Source: a virus (lineage: Duplodnaviria; Heunggongvirae; Uroviricota; Caudoviricetes). Taken from it: a stretch of 52,140 bases of DNA. The notes below the pieces were generated by a model, which saw only the letters and a program-made list of their open reading frames with translations, searched no databases and was not told the DNA's origin. Position numbers and translations under genes: made by a program. This document shows, piece after piece, positions 8,031 to 15,454 of this stretch (within the stretch, counting starts at the first letter, position 1; each line of letters opens with the position of its first letter). The stretch is taken from the IMG/VR virus record IMGVR_UViG_3300023181_000001, positions 94,509 through 146,648 of that record, one strand, 5' to 3'.

Positions 8031-10442
8031 TTAATGACATTCATACCAATTTCGACCTACAATCCATTCATACCCTAAAGGTACATTAAGCTTTAAAAGT
8101 TCCTCTGTCTTTCTCATACCATATTCAATAGCTAAAGATACAATATTAGGCGGACAAACATACCAAACTCTCCCTTCTCCTACAGCACTTAACTGCCCCT
8201 CTCCTTTCCAGTTCTTTATAAAATCTTGTGCTTGCTCCTTGCTTTCAAACATTTCAAATTTAACTAAATCTTTTTTAACATATAATTGGCACTCGTCATG
8301 ATAAGCAATCATCTCACACACAGAGGGTTGAGCTACAAAAGGGTCGATATTATACCCCAACTCTTCTATATATTGCATAGAAAAAACATTAACGTATTTT
8401 GCACAAATCACACCACCGCTTTGAAAGATATTGTTCAAAAGACTGTGACGACTTCTTGTTTTAATAAGTCTGCCATCAATTCCTGGCACTGAGTCTTGTC
8501 CATTTGCATCCCAATATTTCTCCACTCCTTCTTTTAATTCTTTCAGTGCTAAAAGGGAATCCCAAAAACCTTCAAAAATTTCTGTGGCTCTCTCTTGTGT
8601 AACACCTAACATTTTCTTCACTTTAGGTATTTTTCCACCGTATACGAGCATGTAATTTGTACTCTTTGCGGAATCTCTATCTAGTCCTAATTTAATTCCT
8701 GTCAAGGTATGGATGTCATTTGGCTTAGATGCTAGCAATGTTTCCGCTAACTCTTGCCCTCCTGTATATTTCCAGCAATAGTGGCCTTGAATTCGGGCTT
8801 CTAAACTACTAAAATCATAGGCTTGCTGTAGTACTCCCTCTCCACATCCAAACAAACTTCTCATTTCTTTTCCGTAAATTGAACTCGCCCGCGCTATATT
8901 GGCAATTCCGATATGTCGATAGCGATTACTTGAAGCTCCTATTTCAATAGCTGGTGTTGGTACCCTACCGTCAACTTCTCTGTACATAGAAAGAAACCCT
9001 GATTCAGGAAAATCGGTATCAAAGTCCATTTCTTCTACATCACCTCCTGCAATTGAAGACTTCCTATGCTTATAAGTTAAGAACATTGCAAAGTCATTTG
9101 CAAACTCTACTTTCTCTCCTAGTTTTATCAAGTTTGGACATAAATCCTTCTCGATCCCAACTTTTACCTTGGGAGATGTGGGTAATCTTACAGGGAAATC
9201 TTCTTTTAAGCGGTCAAAAACTTTCTTTTTTAAATCTTCTATGTTCTTTGCTTTGAAGTTCTCATAAGCTATCTTAAGTCTGAGTTTTTTATATTTACCC
9301 TCGCTAGTTTCTTTTAACCACCTTTCTACTGCTGTTTCTCTTTTTTCTATTGAAAGGCTCTGCTTTTTACTGTCTTTTGTAAAATCTCTTTCCGCCCATT
9401 CTATTGGTTCCCAATTATAAACATCAATCAAAGTGCTCTTAACATGGTCGAGATTACTGATATCTGCTTCCATGTGAGTTTTTAGGGGGAGGGTGTAAGG
9501 TAATTCATGTCTTTTACCCTCAAAATTTATATAGTATTTCTTATCTTCTTCTGAAACTGTTTCTTCTATTATTGCCCCGATTCTTTGTGTAAACTTTACA
9601 ATATGTGTTGAAGGCTTACCACTTTTTAAAAATTGCGTTGCTGGTGGAGTAAAATGACCTAAATCTGTCTTACCCATAGGTTTTGGCGGTAAGATCGGAT
9701 TAACTTTGTTTTGAAGCTCTTCCATTTTCTGAGTTAAGTCTTCAACGCACTTAATGGCCAGGTCTTTGTCGAACCAAAAGCCTAAAGATTCTCTTCTTAC
9801 TGCTTGGTCAGCTAATTTATTTTCAAGTTTTATTGCTTGTGACCAGCCTTTATAATCCCCCATTTCTTCTACAAGAGCAAAAAATGTATCTTTATTTACA
9901 TTTGTATCTTGGATGCAATATGTCAGAGTTTCTGGAAAATAACATTTGAATTCCGCTCCTTTTGGAGAATTTTTATCGATATAACCTTTTTCAATACAGA
10001 TTCCTCTGAAATCACTTTTGAAATTGGACGTTCTTTGTCCCCAACTTTCGAGAGAGTGGTTTCCAAACCTATCTGGATTTAGAAGTCGTGACACTATCAA
10101 AGTATCTACAAAAATAACTTCCTTTCCAAATAAAGTATCAGGTTGATTCAAGTAACCAATAGTGTAATCTAATAATCCAAACAAACGTAAAACAATGAAA
10201 TCGAACTTAATCCCATTATGGGCTATTAGATGAGTGCAATTCTTTAAAGCGTCTCTAAGGTTATTTTTTGTGAGTTTGTCCTTGTCAAGCGTTATAATTT
10301 CGTTTGTGTGGATGTTACGTAATACAATACACCAAAGTCTTGCATCGGCTTTTAATTTATATGGAAATTGACTGAAATCTAACATATTTGATAGCAAGTC
10401 GTTCGACTCCAAATCCAAAACCCAACCTTCCATATTCTCCAT
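8031..10442 (-). CDS. polA: family A DNA polymerase (T7-type) with 3'-5' exonuclease
   Basis: ExoI VLDLES, ExoII AHNGIKFD, ExoIII YCIQDT; motif A YDFSSLEAR, motif B RDSAKSTNYMLVYG, motif C YHDE; C-terminus GRNWYECH. Confidence 0.95.
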   Translation of the reverse strand: MENMEGWVLDLESNDLLSNMLDFSQFPYKLKADARLWCIVLRNIHTNEIITLDKDKLTKNNLRDALKNCTHLIAHNGIKFDFIVLRLFGLLDYTIGYLNQPDTLFGKEVIFVDTLIVSRLLNPDRFGNHSLESWGQRTSNFKSDFRGICIEKGYIDKNSPKGAEFKCYFPETLTYCIQDTNVNKDTFFALVEEMGDYKGWSQAIKLENKLADQAVRRESLGFWFDKDLAIKCVEDLTQKMEELQNKVNPILPPKPMGKTDLGHFTPPATQFLKSGKPSTHIVKFTQRIGAIIEETVSEEDKKYYINFEGKRHELPYTLPLKTHMEADISNLDHVKSTLIDVYNWEPIEWAERDFTKDSKKQSLSIEKRETAVERWLKETSEGKYKKLRLKIAYENFKAKNIEDLKKKVFDRLKEDFPVRLPTSPKVKVGIEKDLCPNLIKLGEKVEFANDFAMFLTYKHRKSSIAGGDVEEMDFDTDFPESGFLSMYREVDGRVPTPAIEIGASSNRYRHIGIANIARASSIYGKEMRSLFGCGEGVLQQAYDFSSLEARIQGHYCWKYTGGQELAETLLASKPNDIHTLTGIKLGLDRDSAKSTNYMLVYGGKIPKVKKMLGVTQERATEIFEGFWDSLLALKELKEGVEKYWDANGQDSVPGIDGRLIKTRSRHSLLNNIFQSGGVICAKYVNVFSMQYIEELGYNIDPFVAQPSVCEMIAYHDECQLYVKKDLVKFEMFESKEQAQDFIKNWKGEGQLSAVGEGRVWYVCPPNIVSLAIEYGMRKTEELLKLNVPLGYEWIVGRNWYECH

Positions 10443-10443
10443 A

Positions 10444-10617
10444 CTACTCTACCTCCCTAAATAATTTAAAAAATTCTGACTCTTCTCTTACAAATTTTAA
10501 CCCAGTCTCTATCTGCCTATATAAAACCGCTTTATGCCACTCTCTTGTTTCTGGGTTTTTAAGCTCTAGTTCTTTGTCTAGGATTTCGTATTGTTTTTGT
10601 TTGTAAACGTAGTTCAT
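10444..10617 (-). CDS. DUF1653-like small protein (not in the ORF track)
   Basis: Manual translation MNYVYKQKQYEILDKELELKNPETREWHKAVLYRQIETGLKFVREESEFFKLFREVE*. Confidence 0.6.
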   Translation of the reverse strand: MNYVYKQKQYEILDKELELKNPETREWHKAVLYRQIETGLKFVREESEFFKLFREVE

Positions 10618-10649
10618 TTTTTACTGTTTTTATCTCTTTTTCGCCGCCT

Positions 10650-10958
10650 TTAACTTTTATTTAATAGCCCTTTCATATTTTCTGATATTTTATCCATCAT
10701 AATTTGATACATTAGATTTTCAGCTTCTTTTTTAGCTACTGAGTAAAAATCATAGTTGTTGAAATTATTAGGCTCTCTTTCAGTATTTCCATAAGTACTT
10801 TCAAAAATAGGTTCTTCACCTTTGAAAGCAATTAAATAGGGTAAATTCTTTTCTTCTCTATCACTACTTCTTGTTTCAGGATAAATATGTTTTACATCTA
10901 CTGTCTTAATTGTATATCCTAAAGTTTCTAAAAAGTTTCTTTGTTGTTCTATATTCAT
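10650..10958 (-). CDS. hypothetical protein
   Basis: Co-oriented ORF. Confidence 0.6.
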   Translation of the reverse strand: MNIEQQRNFLETLGYTIKTVDVKHIYPETRSSDREEKNLPYLIAFKGEEPIFESTYGNTEREPNNFNNYDFYSVAKKEAENLMYQIMMDKISENMKGLLNKS

Positions 10959-11155
10959 TCATTCGGATTTTTTATTTCGTAGAATTCAGGGTTTAGGTCG
11001 GGATATGTTTTAGTGAACCAATTATATAAGTTTTCAGGATGGTCTTTAGGCAAACCCTCTCTTAATAGACCCCTATAGTCTCCTACCCAATAAGTGCTTA
11101 TGTTTAATTCTTTTGGTGAATCTGCTTGTGACTTATAATTATTTTTTAGTTTCAT
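10955..11155 (-). CDS. hypothetical protein
   Basis: Co-oriented ORF with 4-nt overlap. Confidence 0.55.
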   Translation of the reverse strand: MKLKNNYKSQADSPKELNISTYWVGDYRGLLREGLPKDHPENLYNWFTKTYPDLNPEFYEIKNPNE

Positions 11156-11309
11156 ATCTTACAGTTGTGTTTTGTCTATCCATAAGTTCCCTCTCTTGTC
11201 TGTCCCACTCTTTAGAAAAGTTATCATAAATTTCTTGTTCTTCTTTTTCAGTGAGATTTCTTCTTTGGAGATTACCCATCATTATCTTAATCCATTTATC
11301 TTTATTCAT
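11139..11309 (-). CDS. small hypothetical protein (not in the ORF track)
   Basis: Manual translation MNKDKWIKIMMGNLQRRNL...YETKK*; fills the gap. Confidence 0.45.
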   Translation of the reverse strand: MNKDKWIKIMMGNLQRRNLTEKEEQEIYDNFSKEWDRQERELMDRQNTTVRYETKK

Positions 11310-11425
11310 TTTTATCCGTGATTTTTAAATACTCTCTAAAATCCTCTAACGACTTTTCAAACCCTTTCTGACAGCAAAAGTTATGTCCATTTGTAGCTAT
11401 GGGGTTGTTATCACATTCTGATTCT

Positions 11426-11779
11426 TTACACACTTTTACTATTTTCATGCTCGTAAATATTACCTATTACTTTTCTCCACTCTCTTAAGTCACTCTTACT
11501 TCCACATAAGTCCCAATCCCCTATAATATACTCTGATAAAATAGTTTCAGGCTTAAATTCACCGCCCCATTCACGCTCATCGAAGTCTAATTTATCTCCG
11601 TGGTAAATTTTATTACCTTCCTTATCTCTTAAGTTTAAGTACTGGCCTACTGTTTTTGGATGTACTGGATATATTGTATGCCCTGAATGAATTTTATTCA
11701 CTCCTTCATCTATAAAATAGTGTCCATAAACCCAATTTCCATTTATTGTACTTTTCCCGCGAAATTCTATTTCAAACAT
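11426..11779 (-). CDS. YopX family protein
   Basis: EIEFRGK...WVYG, TVGQYLNLRDKEGNKIYHGD and KVIGNIYE signatures. Confidence 0.85.
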   Translation of the reverse strand: MFEIEFRGKSTINGNWVYGHYFIDEGVNKIHSGHTIYPVHPKTVGQYLNLRDKEGNKIYHGDKLDFDEREWGGEFKPETILSEYIIGDWDLCGSKSDLREWRKVIGNIYEHENSKSV

Positions 11780-11781
11780 AT

Positions 11782-12288
11782 CTAATATACTTCGAATTTG
11801 TTAATAACTGTTCCTTTAGGTACTACTATTTTATATTCTTCTGAGGGTTGATCTCTATAAGATTTTACAATACCTGTTATTGATACCCTTTTTATGTATT
11901 TCCTTTCTATGTGTGGTGTTCCTTCTCTTTCTTCAATAACTGTATTTTCTACTTGTTTTTTGCCGCGCCTGAAATATCCATTGATATCTTTAAAGTAATA
12001 ATAGTAGTATTCGACTTGCTCCACGGAACCTGTGCCTAGAACAAAACTGCCTTCCACATCATTAGAATTTTTAAGAGATTGTATCTTACAATAATAATCA
12101 TAATTTATGCTCTGCTCTTTTACATCCAAATATAAAGTGCCAAACATTATAAAAACTGATAAAATTAAATTAAGAAAAATACTGAAAAGCCAATCTATAG
12201 CTTCATCGCAAGCTTTTCCCCATAAAATCACAAGTGTTCCCCAATAAAACAATATCAGTCCTATTATAAATTGTCCTTCTGTTATCAT
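11782..12288 (-). CDS. membrane protein with two N-terminal TM helices
   Basis: Hydrophobic FIIGLILFYWGTLVILW and WLFSIFLNLILSVFIMFGTLYL; soluble domain GSFVLGTGSV...YYYY. Confidence 0.75.
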   Translation of the reverse strand: MITEGQFIIGLILFYWGTLVILWGKACDEAIDWLFSIFLNLILSVFIMFGTLYLDVKEQSINYDYYCKIQSLKNSNDVEGSFVLGTGSVEQVEYYYYYFKDINGYFRRGKKQVENTVIEEREGTPHIERKYIKRVSITGIVKSYRDQPSEEYKIVVPKGTVINKFEVY

Positions 12289-12611
12289 TTGATGCTATTA
12301 AAATATTGTTTAATTTTTAAATCCTCTTTTCTGATACGGATATCTAGGTCATCTCTGTGTTTATTATAGTCTAATTGTAGGCTGTCTAATCTTTCCTTTT
12401 TTGTGAGTTCGCACAGAGTATCTCCCTCGTGATATTTTGCATAATATCTCGGCATTGTTAAGGTGTAGTATTTTCTGTCTTTTAATACTTCTAGTTCTAC
12501 ATTTCCCCAAGAATAATTACTTGAAACTACTAAGGCTCCACAATAATCTTGTTCCAGATCATTCCCGCAACTTAAAAATAAGAGCGGTATAAATAATAAT
12601 AGTTTTTTCAT
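12285..12611 (-). CDS. putative lipoprotein
   Basis: MKKLLLFIPLLFLSC lipobox-type signal followed by acidic GNDLEQD. Confidence 0.7.
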   Translation of the reverse strand: MKKLLLFIPLLFLSCGNDLEQDYCGALVVSSNYSWGNVELEVLKDRKYYTLTMPRYYAKYHEGDTLCELTKKERLDSLQLDYNKHRDDLDIRIRKEDLKIKQYFNSIK

Positions 12612-12814
12612 CCTTTTATATTTTTAAATTCTACTTCCCCTAAATTTAACTCAACTATATTGTCTACTACCTTATAATCCTTTTTTAAATAGTCTAGAAA
12701 ACTTAAGAAATTATTCCTAGATCTTTCTACATTCGAAGTATAAATTACACAAGGTAGAAAATTATGATTACATCTATCTATGATTTGGAGATATGAAAGT
12801 TTTTGTTTATTCAT
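12608..12814 (-). CDS. hypothetical protein
   Basis: Co-oriented, overlapping ORF. Confidence 0.5.
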   Translation of the reverse strand: MNKQKLSYLQIIDRCNHNFLPCVIYTSNVERSRNNFLSFLDYLKKDYKVVDNIVELNLGEVEFKNIKG

Positions 12815-13019
12815 CTTTTTCTAAATTTAATAGTGAAAATCTTTTAACTCTCTCCTCAATTGTCCAAGGTATGTTTTCTACCATAAGCGGTTCAGATATT
12901 TTAACGAGACTATCTTTCCACTCTTCGATTCTGCCTTCTACCCACCAAAAACTTTCAGCGTTACCTAAAACATTATATAATTCTTCTAGATCTTCTTCTG
13001 TAAATATGTATTTTACCAT
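12807..13019 (-). CDS. hypothetical protein
   Basis: Co-oriented, overlapping ORF. Confidence 0.55.
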   Translation of the reverse strand: MVKYIFTEEDLEELYNVLGNAESFWWVEGRIEEWKDSLVKISEPLMVENIPWTIEERVKRFSLLNLEKDE

Positions 13020-13312
13020 AAGTCTTCACTGAATAATGTCTTTTTTAATTCTTTTGTCTGCCCCGCCTCAAAAGCTATTCTACCACCTTCTTCTCTATCC
13101 ACAAACCTGTTAGTGTTAGTCAGGAAGCCTTGTATATCATCTAAAGCTTTATATTCAAGATTTGGTTGTAGTATTTGACCTAATACGGCAAAACAATTAT
13201 GATGCCTTCTTCCAGCTATAACAAAACCTGTTTTAATATTAGATGGGTTGTGAACGTATTCTTTTCCATCATCAAACCAAATCGCCGAGCATAAAATATA
13301 TTCTTTTTCCAT
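13013..13312 (-). CDS. conserved phage hypothetical protein, probably leaderless transcript
   Basis: ILCSAIW...GRRHHNC...QGFLTNTNRFVDREEG...LFSEDLW pattern; ATG 4 nt after TATCTTTG. Confidence 0.8.
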   Translation of the reverse strand: MEKEYILCSAIWFDDGKEYVHNPSNIKTGFVIAGRRHHNCFAVLGQILQPNLEYKALDDIQGFLTNTNRFVDREEGGRIAFEAGQTKELKKTLFSEDLW

Positions 13313-13316
13313 AGTC

Positions 13317-13333
13317 CAAAGATAGTCAAAAAT
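13317..13333 (-). promoter_or_regulatory. Bacteroidota-type promoter, copy 2 of the 17-bp repeat
   Basis: Identical to 3838-3854. Confidence 0.75.
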
Positions 13334-13362
13334 TCAATTAGTTTTTTGTTTTTAACGTTTTA

Positions 13363-13596
13363 TTAGATATACTCTCTAATATCCTCTCTTAGAAATTTAT
13401 CGGCATATTCACCTACAGTTTTTACTGATCCTTCATAACTCTCTTTACTCCTTGATACGTATTGTACCTCTTCAATTAAATCTGTTATTAAATTACACAT
13501 CACTTTCAAGTTTTCTAATCTTTGTGGATCTCTTGAAGCGCATCCTAGAGGATTTATTTCTCCTACTAATTTATTTACTATTTCTCTTAGTTCCAT
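13363..13596 (-). CDS. hypothetical protein
   Basis: Co-oriented ORF. Confidence 0.65.
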   Translation of the reverse strand: MELREIVNKLVGEINPLGCASRDPQRLENLKVMCNLITDLIEEVQYVSRSKESYEGSVKTVGEYADKFLREDIREYI

Positions 13597-13750
13597 ATTA
13601 AATCTCTTTTATTTTGTTATTTTCCCTCTGCCACCAAAATTTTGAAAATTCTTGTTTATCCTTTTCATAGACTCCTGTGAATTTAGGAAAAAATTCATAC
13701 ATCATCCCACTCTTTCTTAACTCAACGTATTCTTCTTGTATTGTCATAAT

Positions 13751-14014
13751 TTATATTACTTTATCAAACCAATTTAAAAACTGTTCTATTTCTTTTCTGT
13801 CTATGAATAAAAATCCGTGAATTTCAATTTCTTGTGTTTCAATACTTTTCCCGCCGATTTTAAAAGAGCTGTCTAACCTTAGAACTTTTTCAATTTCTCC
13901 TAGAAAACTTTCTTTAAGTGGAATTTTTTCATCGTATCTGTAATTGTGTACTTCAATGCTTCCATCCTCAGCAGAGAAACTGCCATAAGTTAATTCAATT
14001 TTGTTTGTTGTCAT
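13751..14014 (-). CDS. hypothetical protein
   Basis: Co-oriented ORF. Confidence 0.55.
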   Translation of the reverse strand: MTTNKIELTYGSFSAEDGSIEVHNYRYDEKIPLKESFLGEIEKVLRLDSSFKIGGKSIETQEIEIHGFLFIDRKEIEQFLNWFDKVI

Positions 14015-14137
14015 AATCTCTAAGCGTCTTTTAATTCAGACCATTTATTATAAAAGTTAACTTCTAGATTTCTTAGTTCAATATCCTCCATTTCAGATAA
14101 GCCAAATAAACTTTTCTGATTTTTTAATTCTTCTAAT

Positions 14138-14419
14138 TTATCGTGGATTTTCCACACTTCTTCCTTTGTTACCATCTTCTGTATAATTAATTGGTTCTAT
14201 GTCTTGTTCGTTTTTCTTTTCTATGATTACTTCGGGGATTAAGTTTCTAATGCCTAACTCATTCGTTTTATAGATTTCTGTTTTGTACTCTGTCTCTATA
14301 ACTATTTGGCTTGGTACTAACTGTTGTATCCCTATTTCGTTTGTTTGGAATATTTCTAATTCTTTTTCTTGTGCCGAAATTAAAATTGGAAAGAGTAAAA
14401 ATAGTATTAAGTTTTTCAT
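14138..14419 (-). CDS. small secreted protein with an internal repeat
   Basis: Signal peptide MKNLILFLLFPILISA|Q; repeat EIFQTNEIGIQQLVP / EIYKTNELGIRNLIP. Confidence 0.7.
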   Translation of the reverse strand: MKNLILFLLFPILISAQEKELEIFQTNEIGIQQLVPSQIVIETEYKTEIYKTNELGIRNLIPEVIIEKKNEQDIEPINYTEDGNKGRSVENPR

Positions 14420-15030
14420 TTGTTTATTTTATAAAATTCTTCTGCAAATCCTTGACTGCATAAACTCCTAAAGTCTGAATCATTTTTTATATTTTCTTTG
14501 AAAGGATAAAACTCATCTAAGTAATTTATTGCACTTTTATGTAGGAATGCTAAAGACGGTTTATGTCTTCCTGGCCTCACATATAAATTTTCATTCTTCG
14601 AAACGTCTTCCCACTTTTTAAACTTCTTTTCGGGCATTTTAAAATCTCCCCACAAAGCTGTCTTTTTAGTGTAAGGGCTTCCAAATTCCCAAGGCTGGTA
14701 AACATCTTTAGGCTTACCTAGAATATCTTTGAGCTTTCCATTATAAGGGTTTTCTAGGAGCCACCATTCAGGTTTCACTTCTTCGATTATTCTTAGGCAG
14801 TGGTTGACTAAAAACATTCCTTTTTCTAAATCATTTTCTTTGTGAAAGCCTTTGGCCGTTGAAAACTCTTTGCATACTGGATTGCATATTACTCCATGTA
14901 TTTTTAAATCTGTTTTGAAGTTTTCTACACCGATTTTCTCGCCAATTAAGATAACATTATAATCAGAGTCTTTTTGGTAGAAATAACTGTCCGAGCCTAT
15001 ATCAGCACAAAGGTGTAGAATATTTTTCAT
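14416..15030 (-). CDS. minimal C5 DNA cytosine methyltransferase-like protein
   Basis: Catalytic NPVC (PC motif), WLLENP (ENV motif), YTKKTALWG; atypical motif I LHLCADIG. Confidence 0.7.
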   Translation of the reverse strand: MKNILHLCADIGSDSYFYQKDSDYNVILIGEKIGVENFKTDLKIHGVICNPVCKEFSTAKGFHKENDLEKGMFLVNHCLRIIEEVKPEWWLLENPYNGKLKDILGKPKDVYQPWEFGSPYTKKTALWGDFKMPEKKFKKWEDVSKNENLYVRPGRHKPSLAFLHKSAINYLDEFYPFKENIKNDSDFRSLCSQGFAEEFYKINK

Positions 15031-15416
15031 TTGACTAATTTTAATCCTTCATTAATCCCGAATTCTAAAGCATCTTCATATACTTTCCAATTATTACGTT
15101 CATCATACGTCCAGCTAGCCTCCCATGTGGCGTCGAATTTTATACCTCCGTCCTTTGGATCATAATCTCTATGAACTCCTATATAAATATCATGAACTTC
15201 TCTTAACCACTTTTTTATTAACTCTAAGCTTGGTGCGGGATATCTTGAATATTGAGTAACACTTTCTTGGTAGCCTTGAAATGTATAATCTAGTTCACCA
15301 AAACAATCATAAAACTTATCATCTGATTCTATCCAATTAAATCCCTTTTCAACAGCTAATTTTACTGTTTCAAAACTTGCTATTTTAAGTTCTTTCATTA
15401 TCTTATTTTTCTTCAA
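15027..15416 (-). CDS. hypothetical protein, paralog of 3888..4250; true start probably MKELK at 15398
   Basis: FETVKLAVEKGF / IKKWLREVHDI / YEDALEFGINEGLK; TAGATTTG at 15414-15421 would then be its promoter. Confidence 0.75.
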   Translation of the reverse strand: MKKNKIMKELKIASFETVKLAVEKGFNWIESDDKFYDCFGELDYTFQGYQESVTQYSRYPAPSLELIKKWLREVHDIYIGVHRDYDPKDGGIKFDATWEASWTYDERNNWKVYEDALEFGINEGLKLVK

Positions 15417-15454
15417 ATCTACGCAATATTTTTGAGTCTAATTATTTTTTAACT

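Noticed and set aside
6984-10442. Group I intron or intein in polA associated with the GIY-YIG gene
   Set aside because: All polymerase motifs and the natural C-terminus are in one ORF; no downstream exon and no intein splice motifs
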